A DNA stretch of 63,473 nt, counting the filler, from Octopus bimaculoides (lineage: Eukaryota): NCBI RefSeq assembly GCF_001194135.2. It is 4 parts of 4 records of this genome, joined end to end, with 100 filler letters (N's around TTAATTAATTAA, not from the genome) between each part and the next. Parts side by side here need not be neighbours in the genome. Positions count along the whole stretch, not along the records: positions 42,003 to 60,495 come from NC_068982.1; positions 60,596 to 63,473 come from NC_068992.1; 2 more parts are not named here. One strand, given 5' to 3'. The translations under genes were made by a program, and so were the position numbers. Shown piece after piece: positions 48,920 through 62,650 of the stretch (position 1 is the first letter of the stretch; the number at the start of each line of letters is the position of its first letter). The notes beneath the pieces are model-generated. The model searched no databases, was not told where the DNA came from, and worked only from the letters and a program-made list of their open reading frames with translations.

Positions 48920-50245
48920 GATAGGACGCTTGATGAGATCTGTGCCACTCATTTGAAAACCCAGAAGATACTAACCAGTACACATAATTTCCACGTCAAC
49001 AGTGGTGTAGAGCGCCTCTACCTAAAACGAAAACAAGGAGACAGAGGCTTAACACCGATTCAGGCTGCCTTTGAATGTTGTATCATAGCCCTTCGGTAAC
49101 ATCTTTTAACCGTCAAATGTCGAAGTACATCCCTTGATTAAGTTTGCATACATGAGGCTGATAACATCATAGAACTTAGAAAGCAGCTCCTTCAGCAGCA
49201 TCCCGTGTCTGATAACCTTAAATACATGCCCAAAGAAGTCGCACGACTCAAATGCAACTTATCATCAAATGGATGGATGAGCCTGTATCAGCAGAAGACC
49301 GTGCATGGATATGTTAGTAGAAAGCTCCGGGATGATAGTAACATCGATCATCCAAACAATCTATCATGGAACAACAACCGGACTACTAACTATCACTTTG
49401 AAGGGTATGCATTTGCAATCGAGGAACGGTAAACGTCAACCAAATATCTAATGCACAAAAGGGACAGAGATGCAGGAAAAGGAGTAAAATGTGACAACCG
49501 ATGAAGACTTTGTAAAGTTTACACCGTAAATGTCCGTAAATGTCATCACAGTGTTATATATCGATGACATATGATGTCGCTTTTACACTGTATAATGAGA
49601 TCCGTCGGAACGATAACTCCATGGCCAAAGAAATAAGAACCCAAATATAGTAGAATCCATAGTCACTCATAATAAAAAGAAGTACTGGTAAAATGTCCCC
49701 GTGAAAACTATAATAAAATGTAAACATAATAATACCCGACAAAGTGAGTTGGGATAGAGAAGAGAAATTGTGTCCAGCGGATATTACCATAAAGCTAAAG
49801 ATCAGCGAAAAAGAAAAAAAAACCTATGCTGATCTATCAAGGAACCTACACCACTCTATCCAGATTACATGTTATTGGAGCAGTGGGATATATAACACAC
49901 GACCTAAATACCAATCTTGAGAAATTAGGCTCCTCAAAATCAGAAAGCTGATTCGAAGACTACAGATCCAATCTATCACTGTAAAACTTTCCAGACGTTT
50001 ATCATTTACGTATATATGAGCATGTCTAGACACGAAACTATATGCATGTAAATACATACGTAAAACAAGGTATACAGATCTGCACATATACATACATACA
50101 TACAAGCATACATGCATACATACATACATACATACATACATACAAAAATACCCTGTTGATAATTTTGAAATTCCAGTGGAGGAGCCTTTGATCTAGGTAA
50201 GAACCATCTCTTTCTGTATTGGTGAGAAATCTTGAAATAAACTGA
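48920..50245 (+). mobile_element. Second R4/Dong-like family, longer decayed 3' fragment
   Basis: VERLYLKRKQGDRGL (the RLYLPRxxGGRGL motif), QKTVHGYVSRK, HFEGYAFAIEE, then an RLE tail and a 3' UTR shared with 25055-25519, 30800-30950 and 60350-60450. 5' flank is (TACA)n. Confidence 0.8.
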
Positions 50246-50279
50246 ACAAACACACACACACACTGACACACACTCATAT

Positions 50280-50329
<50 letters not shown>

Positions 50330-50706
50330 ATATATATATGTATACATATGAGTGTGTGTCAGTGTGTTTGTGCATTTAAAACGCTTAGAGAATCATACGT
50401 ACATACGCTGATTTATATATTGATCATTCTTACACACAAACACTGCCACACCCATTCACATATATGTGTATTATATAGAATTTCCTTTTTTGTGGTAAAT
50501 TGTATCTTTAATATTTTGAAATATCGGCTTCAAGTAAAAGCGGCGAAACAAATTATATATGGAGCTTCTATTTCGGTTAAAATTAACTTAGATAGTTCCA
50601 AGAACAGTTTCTTTGGCTCGGTTAAGATGACATTGTTCGCTCCAATGCAGAAAAAATTCAAATACGTATTGACTATAGCTCAGTACAATGATCCTTTCAA
50701 CTTCGG

Positions 50707-50909
50707 ATGATGATGAAAATGATCGACGACGACGATGATGATGATGGTGATGATGATGATGGTTACAATAATGATGATGACGAAGCGGAAGTGTTGGGTC
50801 ATGATGATAATTATAATGATGCTGTTAGAGTTGATAATGATCATAATATGTTGATGACAATATCGTCATTGAAGTTCATAACGAAGCTGATAATATTTAT
50901 TATGAAAAC

Positions 50910-50972
<63 letters not shown>

Positions 50973-51155
50973 GATGATGATGATGAAGATGATGATGATG
51001 ATGAAGAAGACTATCACAACAAGTAATGAAAATGGTGTTATAAGGATATCAATGAACTGGATGACGACTAAGTTTGTTGTGATGGCAAAGATGGTGGCAA
51101 TACTGCTGCTGATGACTATGATGATGACGACGACAACGACGAGGTCGACGATGCT

Positions 51156-51187
<32 letters not shown>
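50707..51187. repeat. Degenerate (GAT)n low-complexity tract
   Basis: Read directly. Confidence 0.9.
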
Positions 51188-52957
51188 GTAGATGCGTGTA
51201 TATGTGAGTCAAAATACAGGAACTCGCCTCTGAGATCTATCTTGGTGCATGTGTGTGTATATGTGAGAATATGTATTGTATTGTACAGTTTTTTTTGTTT
51301 TGATTGAAAAATGCCCACGTAGATGTTTGACTAAGACGTGTGTATTGATCTGTGTACCTGATTAACTGATGTTATATGTCGGGAATATGTGAGTTCACAG
51401 TGTTGTTTGTTTTGTTTTATCTTGTGTGTGCGCATATGCAATATAATATGACTTTTTAAAAATCTATTTCAGTATCTTTATGTGACAGGGTATAGCAATG
51501 GATACATCAATTTGAGAAAAGAGTTAGTTTGCAATGGACAGACACGATGGTTATGTCAGAGTATAATAAAGGAGAATAACAAGGGCCGCTACGGTTGGAC
51601 AACATTCTTAGGAGAGGAAGTTAAAATCAATCAGAAGAAAAAGTGGCCAAAGAGAGAGTTTAAGTGGGTATATGTGCGTTGTTTTGGATAATGAATCTGT
51701 GGGTTACTGTAGGAAGTAAGGTATGTATATATGCATGATATTTATAACGTGAAGTGCACATGTGTATAGTGTGATATGTGTGTATTTGGCAAGTGAACTG
51801 ATGTATGCTATTGTATCTATATGATATGTGTGTTGGTAGAATGTGTGGATGAAGGAAGGGTCTGTGTTTATGTATGTGTATATGTGTATGTGTGTGTATG
51901 TGTGTGTGCGTGTGTGTGTATGCCTGCCTGTATGGATGTATATATGTATATGTGTGTGTGTATGTGTAGTGTGCATGTGTACGTTCGTGGATGTCCGATG
52001 TTCGACGATGAAACTTTCATGTTCGATTCACTGAATTTCCTGTTCCTAAATTAAAGTGTAATTGGCGAAGCATTTTATAGACTCGTGTACCCTTAACGAA
52101 ATTCTCAGACAATCAACGTGACACGGTGTATAACTAAAGCTATGACATTTAAATAAGTAGAATTTCCGTTAATCCGGTTTTGTAGAAAAAAGTACGTTTC
52201 AATTCATCACCGGAGAAACTCACATTCACCCAAGATTCAACTCAATGAGATCAAACCCGGTATTTCTTGCGAAGCGAAATACTTCGTCATGCGTCCATTC
52301 TGGGCATACATACATACATACGTACGTACGTATATACATGCATACATACATACATACATACAAACATACATGCATGCATACATCAATTGTTTTTCTTAGT
52401 TGCTGATTTCCGGTATCATATTATTGCATAAATAATATATAAATATTAATTATATATTTATGACATAGCATGATATGGAAAACTCTGTAACAAACCGCTG
52501 TTACCAGTGCCCCAAATCAGTTGTTGTGATTTATGATAAAAATCTGTTCATTGCATCTTGTTTTATAAATTTTATATAAATTCTGCATACACTAACGGAT
52601 GCTCTCAAGTATACTCAGTAAGAACAGTAATATTGATTATGATGGAGTATGGTAGCCGATGACCGTTTAGGGTCTTTGAAATGCTCACAACAAGGTTATT
52701 ACCCAAATGATATTAAGCACACACACACACGTACACATGATCCGGGGATCACATATATATATATGTAGGAAGTTTGTAAGCAGTAGGTTGCTAGTATGAA
52801 AGAAGTGGACAGAATATGATAAGGTGTAATAACAATTCATTGGCATCGAGAGTTACACACTTTATTTTCCATATCAAAGCTACACAGAATTTCGATAAGC
52901 TAATAGTTTCTATACAACTTACTGTTGGCAACTAATGTTGCTAAACATGGGCGGGCG

Positions 52958-53006
<49 letters not shown>

Positions 53007-53574
53007 ACGTGCGGTGTGCATGTGTGTATCTGTACATACGCGTGCATGTGTACTGGTGCCTTTGTTCTATAGAACTGAACGACACCGACCCTATACCAAT
53101 TTACTCATATAAATAGTGACGACGATATACTTGTTGTCAGCTAAAATCTGATAAGGTTTTTATTGCCCCAAAACCTCGCCTTTCCCTATTAAGATAACAA
53201 TCTTTTTATTCTTTCTTTCTTCCTCTTTCTCCTTTCTTCCTACTCTTTGACTCTAAGCCATACCACCTCTCTGCATATTTTGAGTCTCACGTTATGCTAA
53301 AACGTTCACTGGTCTTCTAAACATTTTTATTTGTTCCATTTTTTTTCCATCTTTTATTCTTTGTTATTGACTTTTCTCTTTATCTGGACTTACCATTTTG
53401 TTGTGGCTCACTTGCGAATTTCCATGCCGCAATGTAAACTTTACTGAGATAATTTCAGCCTGATGACTAGCTATATTGACGAAAGTCCGTTGCACAGCAA
53501 TTGTATAATCAGCTTCTGCTAGTTAGGAAACATATGTAAATTACATTTTACCTGGTCTACTCCTTTAAATTTAA

Positions 53575-53649
<75 letters not shown>

Positions 53650-54094
53650 NNNNNNNNNNNNNNNNNNNNNNNNNNNNNNNNNNNNNNNNNNNNNNNNNNN
53701 NNNNNNNNNNNNNNNNNNNNNNNNNNNNNNNNNNNNNNNNNNNNNNNNNNNNNNNNNNNNNNNNNNNNNNNNNNNNNNNNNNNNNNNNNNNNNNNNNNNN
53801 NNNNNNNNNNNNNNNNNNNNNNNNNNNNNNNNNNNNNNNNNNNNNNNNNNNNNNNNNNNNNNNNNNNNNNNNNNNNNNNNNNNNNNNNNNNNNNNNNNNN
53901 NNNNNNNNNNNNNNNNNNNNNNNNNNNNNNNNNNNNNNNNNNNNNNNNNNNNNNNNNNNNNNNNNNNNNNNNNNNNNNNNNNNNNNNNNNNNNNNNNNNN
54001 NNNNNNNNNNNNNNNNNNNNNNNNNNNNNNNNNNNNNNNNNNNNNNNNNNNNNNNNNNNNNNNNNNNNNNNNNNNNNNNNNNNNNNNNNNNNNN

Positions 54095-54150
<56 letters not shown>

Positions 54151-54430
54151 ATTTTAACAAAACTTAATTTACTTTAAAAACTAATGATCTGGCATTCTCT
54201 CTGGTGAATTTCTAGGTTTCTAACAAATTGGAACTGTTACTAAGCTAAGAAACATTGGTCTTTTTTCATTCTACGATTAAGTTGAGATCAATGGAAGATT
54301 TGCTGGAAAATTTATCGTGCTAAATAACATCTCTGGACGTAGATTCTACTTGTTCTGAATAAACATTCGTCGACGCCGTGAACATATTTTTTGCTGCTTA
54401 CGTTGTTGCACTTTATCTACTGTTACTTTT

Positions 54431-54497
<67 letters not shown>

Positions 54498-54521
54498 CTA
54501 TCTATCTATCTATGTATCTAT

Positions 54522-54839
54522 CAGCAACTCCAACAACCCGGGTCAACCTTGAGCGACTGCATCACAACTAACGTATTCTATAGTGGATTAGTGGAGGGAA
54601 GGTACGACGACGATCTCGGGGCGAATCTGGGCGTCGACGAGGAATACCTGACCCGCCTGTTTAAGACGACCTTCGGGCCGGGACCTATGGACAACTTCCA
54701 GAGATCCCTGGCCTGGCAGTGCTATCGAGAAGCACTACCCGTTCGGGATAAGCTCTACAGGCATGGCTCGAGAAACACGGGGTCGACCTGTCCGAGATGC
54801 CGGCAGAGCGACGAAACCGTTCTGCCCGCACTCGTACAG
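54522..54839 (+). mobile_element. Tx1/L1-clade non-LTR retrotransposon ORF2 C-terminal fragment (zf-RVT region), inserted in (TATC)n
   Basis: Open frame ..RSLAWQCYREALPVRDKLYRHGSRNTGSTCPRCRQSDETVLPALVQ matches the W..(L/H)..LP.....R.......CP.C....ET..H...(C) pattern. Visibly more GC-rich than the flanks. (CTAT)n at 54432-54521 and 55537-55591; the rest lies in the gap 54840-55536. Confidence 0.75.
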
Positions 54840-55536
54840 NNNNNNNNNNNNNNNNNNNNNNNNNNNNNNNNNNNNNNNNNNNNNNNNNNNNNNNNNNNNN
54901 NNNNNNNNNNNNNNNNNNNNNNNNNNNNNNNNNNNNNNNNNNNNNNNNNNNNNNNNNNNNNNNNNNNNNNNNNNNNNNNNNNNNNNNNNNNNNNNNNNNN
55001 NNNNNNNNNNNNNNNNNNNNNNNNNNNNNNNNNNNNNNNNNNNNNNNNNNNNNNNNNNNNNNNNNNNNNNNNNNNNNNNNNNNNNNNNNNNNNNNNNNNN
55101 NNNNNNNNNNNNNNNNNNNNNNNNNNNNNNNNNNNNNNNNNNNNNNNNNNNNNNNNNNNNNNNNNNNNNNNNNNNNNNNNNNNNNNNNNNNNNNNNNNNN
55201 NNNNNNNNNNNNNNNNNNNNNNNNNNNNNNNNNNNNNNNNNNNNNNNNNNNNNNNNNNNNNNNNNNNNNNNNNNNNNNNNNNNNNNNNNNNNNNNNNNNN
55301 NNNNNNNNNNNNNNNNNNNNNNNNNNNNNNNNNNNNNNNNNNNNNNNNNNNNNNNNNNNNNNNNNNNNNNNNNNNNNNNNNNNNNNNNNNNNNNNNNNNN
55401 NNNNNNNNNNNNNNNNNNNNNNNNNNNNNNNNNNNNNNNNNNNNNNNNNNNNNNNNNNNNNNNNNNNNNNNNNNNNNNNNNNNNNNNNNNNNNNNNNNNN
55501 NNNNNNNNNNNNNNNNNNNNNNNNNNNNNNNNNNNN

Positions 55537-55591
<55 letters not shown>

Positions 55592-56185
55592 AGTCTGTCT
55601 GTCTGTCTTGTCCGTTTGATTATCCATATACCTATTGTTATGTCTCAACGCTACTGCTATCTAGCACCTTAGGATGATCTCTACTCAACCGCTACACAAC
55701 TGCTACTCGACTGCTACTCGACTGCTACTGAACACAACTACCACGACCAGACTACCTCTATTTATATGTCTTGGGAGATCCTACTTCTTCGCATGGGGGG
55801 GGGGGGGTCGGCACAACACCTATCTGTCCGATTCTGTATGTATTTACAAAATACAGATGGCAAAAGAATAATAAGAACAATAACAAAAGCAACATCAACG
55901 ACAGTTTCTTCAGAACAACAAGAATCTGCAGCCAAAATGCCAGAGATATGACTTTTCACGATTAATTTGCTTCATTGTTTTATTTATTCTTAATTTCTTT
56001 AATACTCTCACTTTATTAGTTCCATTTATTTATCCAATTTACCTTATTTGTTTACTTCATCTGTAAAGCGTTCTCACTCTTACATCTATATTTGTGATTC
56101 TCACATTTTTGACTTGCACAGGTCTTTCTATTTATTTTTTCATTCCACACAATACTGTCCTCCATTTCGTTTCCTCACTCTGTTC

Positions 56186-56236
<51 letters not shown>

Positions 56237-56496
56237 CCTATCTATCTATCTAGATCGNNNNNNNNNNNNNNNNNNNNNNNNNNNNNNNNNNNNNNNNNNN
56301 NNNNNNNNNNNNNNNNNNNNNNNNNNNNNNNNNNNNNNNNNNNNNNNNNNNNNNNNNNNNNNNNNNNNNNNNNNNNNNNNNNNNNNNNNNNNNNNNNNNN
56401 NNNNNNNNNNNNNNNNNNNNNNNNNNNNNNNNNNNNNNNNNNNNNNNNNNNNNNNNNNNNNNNNNNNNNNNNCCATTTCGTTTCCTCACTCTGTTC

Positions 56497-56547
<51 letters not shown>

Positions 56548-56576
56548 CCTATCTATCTATCTAGATCGATAGATAG

Positions 56577-56860
56577 ATTTTAAATTCACCTTCACATAAT
56601 CTAATATAGGTCTTCTTACCGGTTGTATTATTTTTAAGGGTTACAGTAACTTCTGCCTCATATATGATAGCTTTAGTCATACATCGTTGGTCAAGTGGAC
56701 AAGGTTCTTGGTATTGACCACGTGTAATGATACGCTTTATATTGGGGCAGTAGCTATATGATAATTTCACAGAACGTCTATTATATATTTTCCTGTACTT
56801 ACATGCAAGCACACCATTTAGAGAGAAAGGTAGAGGAAAGAATATCAGAACAGGAGTCTC
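56577..56860 (-). mobile_element. Penelope-like element relic (RT-EN linker and start of GIY-YIG endonuclease)
   Basis: KIYNRRSVKLSYSYCPNIKRII..CPLDQRCMTKAIIYEAEVTV..KKTYIRLCEGEFK resembles KIFNRNTVKLSYSC.PN..CPL.G.C....V(I/V)Y.A.V....YIG..E..FK. Truncated at a (TATC)n array. Confidence 0.75.
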
Positions 56861-58515
56861 CGGCCAACCTTCTAGATATGTGGTTTAGCACAATAAATAT
56901 TTAAATCTACTTTCTTTATTTATAAATCTCATCCTATTTCTTTTACTTAATTATCTAATTTACTTTATTTATTTAGTCTACATTCTCTCCTATATATTTT
57001 CTATTTCATATCTTTATAGCAATTAATTCAATGACCTTCTCAGGTTGTTCTGTATATTTTACACTTCACACACTAGTGTTCGTTCTCTCTTTCTCTAGAA
57101 ACCATCCAATCTCGATCATCTTTAATATCCCGCTTCGGCATAAACTTACACATACTTTACACTCTTATAATTATTTATAACTTAATGAGCAGTCAAATAA
57201 CAGGCAAATCCTACAGGTAATCACAAATTTAGGACATCTATATCCAATCTCTACCCCATCATGCTCACATATACAAATACCAAAATTCATTTTATGCTAA
57301 TGCCCTCAAACAAATTCTAAAGGCACGCACGCTCACACACACATACACAGACACAGACACAGACACACACACACACACACACACACACACGTATACTTAC
57401 ATATATTGGCCATTAGAATGAAAAAATCTATTTATCCTCATTTTCCCTATATATACATATGTGTGTGTCTGTATGTGTATGTGTCTGTGTGTATATCTCT
57501 GTGTGTGCGTGTGCATGTGTGTGTGCGCGTGTGTATGTGTGCGTGCGTGTGTATGTGTGCGTGTGTGTATGTGTGTGTGACATATATATATATATANNNN
57601 NNNNNNNNNNNNNNNNNNNNNNNNNNNNNNNNNNNNNNNNNNNNNNNNNNNNNNNNNNNNNNNNNNNNNNNNNNNNNNNNNNNNNNNNNNNNNNNNNNNN
57701 NNNNNNNNNNNNNNNNNNNNNNNNNNNNNNNNNNNNNNNNNNNNNNNNNNNNNNNNNNNNNNNNNNNNNNNNNNNNNNNNNNNNNNNNNNNNNNNNNNNN
57801 NNNNNNNNNNNNNNNNNNNNNNNNNNNNNNNNNNNNNNNNNNNNNNNNNNNNNNNNNNNNNNNNNNNNNNNNNNNNNNNNNNNNNNNNNNNNNNNNNNNN
57901 NNNNNNNNNNNNNNNNNNNNNNNNNNNNNNNNNNNNNNNNNNNNNNNNNNNNNNNNNNNNNNNNNNNNNNNNNNNNNNNNNNNNNNNNNNNNNNNNNNNN
58001 NNNNNNNNNNNNNNNNNNNNNNNNNNNNNNNNNNNNNNNNNNNNNNNNNNNNNNNNNNNNNNNNNNNNNNNNNNNNNNNNNNNNNNNNNNNNNNNNNNNN
58101 NNNNNNNNNNNNNNNNNNNNNNNNNNNNNNNNNNNNNNNNNNNNNNNNNNNNNNNNNNNNNNNNNNNNNNNNNNNNNNNNNNNNNNNNNNNNNNNNNNNN
58201 NNNNNNNNNNNNNNNNNNNNNNNNNNNNNNNNNNNNNNNNNNNNNNNNNNNNNNNNNNNNNNNNNNNNNNNNNNNNNNNNNNNNNNNNNNNNNNNNNNNN
58301 NNNNNNNNNNNNNNNNNNNNNNNNNNNNNNNNNNNNNNNNNNNNNNNNNNNNNNNNNNNNNNNNNNNNNNNNNNNNNNNNNNNNNNNNNNNNNNNNNNNN
58401 NNNNNNNNNNNNNNNNNNNNNNNNNNNNNNNNNNNNNNNNNNNNNNNNNNNNNNNNNNNNNNNNNNNNNNNNNNNNNNNNNNNNNNNNNNNNNNNNNNNN
58501 NNNNNNNNNNNNNNN

Positions 58516-58549
<34 letters not shown>

Positions 58550-60349
58550 GTACAATTGCAGATACAGCAATGTATGCACACGATCGCACTATCACGTACG
58601 TTGAAACAAACGTACTTATTCTTAAAATACGCACACAACTTTACGCAAAGACATTTACAAACACTCAATTATATATACACCTATACGCTAAACATAAACA
58701 CACACAGACATATACACACCTTACTCGTTCACAAATGCACAAACACAGAAATACACATTCCACAGTTGTCAGGCATTCAAATACACACAAGGCGAACACA
58801 GACACACTAATAAATGCATAAACGTGTTGAGGTAATTTAAATGTATTTCATGTCCGTATGTTTATAGCAGGTACTGCAATGAATAACTTGTATTTTGCTT
58901 ATGTAAGCATTCAAGTACATTTGAATTCATGAAGATAAACTTGTTAAGCAAAACCCACATACATACCCACTCCAAATATGCTACCACATATATACATCAT
59001 ATGCGCGAAATAAAATGCACGATCATGTTCACATTGTTTAAACAAGATTTATTTATGTAGTTGTAACAATACGTTGAATGTTGTTTAATTTATATTTGAT
59101 TCCCTCAGCTTTAAAATGAGTCTGAATTCATTCCGATATTCTAAAGAGGCTGTCTTGCCACACAGTATATACATTATACATAAACAGGCTATACTATACT
59201 AAACTGTAATATAGTATAGTATACTATATCAAAGACGTTAAAGTGGCAGAGTTGTTACAGAATCGTGACTCTGATCTTTAAAACTGTGATTAAAACTTCT
59301 GCTGTGTTTCTTCCTTCTTCAAGCTTCTCAGTAAAAGCTAAGCTAACCAGTTAAAGAAATCTAAGAAGCAATAGAGAAGTATATAGTATTTTTGTCAATG
59401 GACAAAAATATTGATTGATAACAATATCTAAGGATACCTATGCTTCTCTGAGAGATCTGATAAAATCAAATCATGTCCAGCGATGTCTTTATAATTTTAA
59501 ATATTAAACTTACTCGCCATGGCAAAGCAATACTAATTACGCAACTGCATGATATATACGTAGAATCCCATAAAGTTATGTGCCAGTAAATCACGTTATT
59601 CTCTAATGCTTATAGACGTTTTTGTATTCAACAACGACTAACAATTTTCGTTCTTACTGATGCGCATGTTTGTCTAGCGTCAACCGCATGACACTTTGAT
59701 GTAGGATATAATTATAAAAATATGTGTTTATTAGTGAGTGTGTGTATGTGTTATTCATGACATAGCCATTGAAAAGTATATACCAGACTGAAATAAGTAC
59801 TAAAATCTAAAAGTGGCATGCCCAGAGGTCTACCATGACTGCAATCCAATGCCTGAAATCAGTGAAAGAGGACAATTAATGAATATGAATAAGAACGAAG
59901 CAAACGAAACCTAGTCTAATATAACTATACACAGTCAGTTGAGAGTTTGTTGCTAATTGTACAAATATGCTAATTTCTAATTGCATCATCAGATATATTT
60001 CCTCGTTCAAGCTATAATTTAAGACGTGGTAGGGAGAAAAATAAAATTGCAGGTAAAACACATGATAAAAAAGTAGATAGGCCCTAGAAAATATACCAGA
60101 TTATAATGTTGACTAAATTACATCTGATTTATTAGCGTCCATAAAATTCACCTGGCGTTTAGAATACAATCTCTCTGAAAGCCAGACATCAATAAATAAC
60201 AAATTTAGAGTAAAAAATCTCATAGCAAAATATATGACTATTTTCAAAATGTAAATGAAACCAGTTAAATTAAAGGATAAATTAGTCAGGTATGTCTACA
60301 CAGCTATCTCTCTGTCTCCCTCTACTATCTCTTTCTCTATCTGATGTAT

Positions 60350-60450
60350 GTATGTTATCAATCAGTTTCATTTCTGTATTTCTTGTCCATAGAGAAAAAG
60401 CCGGACTCTAACATAGATTCAAGGCTCCTTCATTGGAACTTTTACCAACA
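60350..60450 (-). mobile_element. R4/Dong-like family 2, degenerate 3' UTR end
   Basis: Reverse complement matches the GGAGCCTTG.ATCTA.GTTAGA..CCGGCT.TTTCTC block and runs into CATACATAC. Confidence 0.55.
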
Positions 60451-60595
60451 TCATCTAAGTATTTGTGCATATGTGTGTGTGTGTGTGTGTGCAGTNNNNN
60501 NNNNNNNNNNNNNNNNNNNNNNNNNNNNNNNNNNNNNNNTTAATTAATTAANNNNNNNNNNNNNNNNNNNNNNNNNNNNNNNNNNNNNNNNNNNN

Positions 60596-60702
60596 GTCTA
60601 CCAAATCCACTCACTAGGCTTTGGTTGGCCTGAGGCTATAGTAGAAGACACTTGCCCAAAGTGCCATGCAGTGGGACTGAACCTGGAACCATGTGGCTGG
60701 TT
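60596..60702 (-). mobile_element. SINE family B fragment
   Basis: CCAAATCCACTCAC..GAAGACACTTGCCCAAAGTGCC..GGGACTGAACC. Confidence 0.75.
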
Positions 60703-60733
60703 AACATGTATGTATATATATATACATATATAT

Positions 60734-60790
<57 letters not shown>

Positions 60791-61581
60791 CACACACACA
60801 TACACCACACGCACTCACACACACACGCACGCACAGGCACACACACACATAGACACGCACATACAAATACACACATACAAACACAGACATCTATGTACAT
60901 ATATATCAAACTGTCAGGCTACCACATTCTTTCAAGAATATCATAATATGACAAAGATAAGCAAAAATCTATGCTCGACATCACACCAAGTTGTTTTCCA
61001 TGGCAAAAAGTAATTGCGTTCTTCTCAACCAGAAGTCGCAATACTCTCTAGAGTTCTGTTCTACAAATAATGCAGAATTATTTCATCATATAAACATAGA
61101 CCTACAATTTTCTCTGACTATAAAATAAGGGAATTACAATGCATTGTTCGAAAGAACTTGTACCTCAGCGTCAAACATTAAACATTTATCTCTTTCCAGG
61201 TCAATTTTCCACAAGGATTACTGTGAAATTATTTGAAAAAGAAATCTTCAAGCTGAACTGGACCAAGATTTTTCTTGATTCGAACCACTGGCATGACATG
61301 AAACTCAAGCAATTTATGTCTATGATGTAAGGCAAATGCAGTAAATATGTCCCAAAGTGGAAGATTAACGTATACAAAAATATTATTCTCACAAGCAAAA
61401 GCTATTTTTATGTGATAAATAACAGTTTGTAAATTATTTGAATATCATAACTAGTAAAAGTGGAGAAAGCTCCACTGAAAATTGTCGCCATCACAATTGA
61501 GAAAAAATATTTGCTGATAATAATGAGATCAATGAAAAGAATCAATGCATTAAAAAAGGAAAAAAGCAAAAAAAAACAATC

Positions 61582-61676
61582 CTGGCTGTGTGGTTAAGAA
61601 GTTCCCTTTGCAACCATGTGATTTTGAGTTCAGTCCCACTGCACAGCACCTTGGGCAAGTGTCTTCTACTATAGCA
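61582..61676 (+). mobile_element. SINE family B head, abutting the RTE 3' end
   Basis: TGGCTGTGTGG..GAGTTCAGTCCCACTGC..CCTTGGGCAAGTGTCTTCTACTATAGC. Confidence 0.75.
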
Positions 61677-62385
61677 CTGTCCATTTCTAATGCTGGCATG
61701 GGTTGGATGATTTGACAGGAGCTGACCAGCTGGGGAGCTGTCCAGACTCCAAATTGTCTGTTGTGGCATGGTTTCTATGACTGGATGTCCGTCCTAATAC
61801 CAACCACTTTACAAAGTGTGCTGGGGGAATTTTAAATGCCATCAGCATGGGTGTATTTATGCAGCACTGGCACAAATGCCTTTTATGTGACACTAGTGCC
61901 TGTAAAGGACAAGCCTTTATGTATGGATGACAGTGATTTTATTTAGCTTGGCATGTCTTCTCAAGTACAGCAAATTGCTATGAATGCTGGTCCCTTGTTA
62001 TTTCCTCAGTGGGGCCCAGCATCTGAAGATCCTTTCTCACCATTTTGTCCCTAATTTGGTCTACCTCTTTCACAGGTTCCCTCCACAATTAGAGCTTGGC
62101 ATTTCTTTATGCAGCTCTCCTCATCCATACACATCACATGACCAAACCAATGCAGCCATCTCTCTTGCACAGAACATCTGATGCCTCTTATACTCAGCAG
62201 TTTTCCTCTTATACCACTTACACTCTGTTGTGCATGCACACTGACATTACCCATCCAGTGGAGCTTGCTAGCTTAATTTCTTTCAAGTCTTTGCAAGTCT
62301 TCTGTAGTCAAAGTCCATGTTTCACTGCCATGTAGCATAGCTGTACGTGCAAAGGCATCATACAATCTGCTTTTCACTATGAGGT
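61677..62385 (-). mobile_element. RTE-like LINE 3' fragment
   Basis: LYDAFARTAMLHGSETWTLTTEDLQRLERN and RWLHWFGHVMCMDEESCIKKCQALIVEGTCERGRP match the RTE LxGSETW / LRWFGHV / GRP motifs. Confidence 0.8.
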
Positions 62386-62502
62386 CAAATTCCACCAGGT
62401 TGACTCTGCCTTTCATCTTTTCGGAGTCAGTAAAATAATTACCAATCACCTTACAGAGTGGACAGTGCTTTTTTTTTTTTGTATACATATACTTAAGTGA
62501 GA

Positions 62503-62650
62503 CTGTGTGGTAAGAAGCTTGCTTCTCAACCACATGCTCCTGGGTTCAATCCCACTGTGTGGCACTTTGTGCAAGTGTCTTCTACTATAGCCTCAAGTCA
62601 ACCAAAGCCTTGAGTGGATTTGGAAGACGGAAACTGAAAGAAGCCTGTTG
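62503..62650 (+). mobile_element. SINE family B, 5' half
   Basis: Same boxes as the other family B copies. Confidence 0.75.

Noticed and set aside
56158-56570. ~100-bp direct repeats flanking a gap (similar case at 1630-1700)
   Set aside because: This is typical contig-end overlap left unmerged across a gap.
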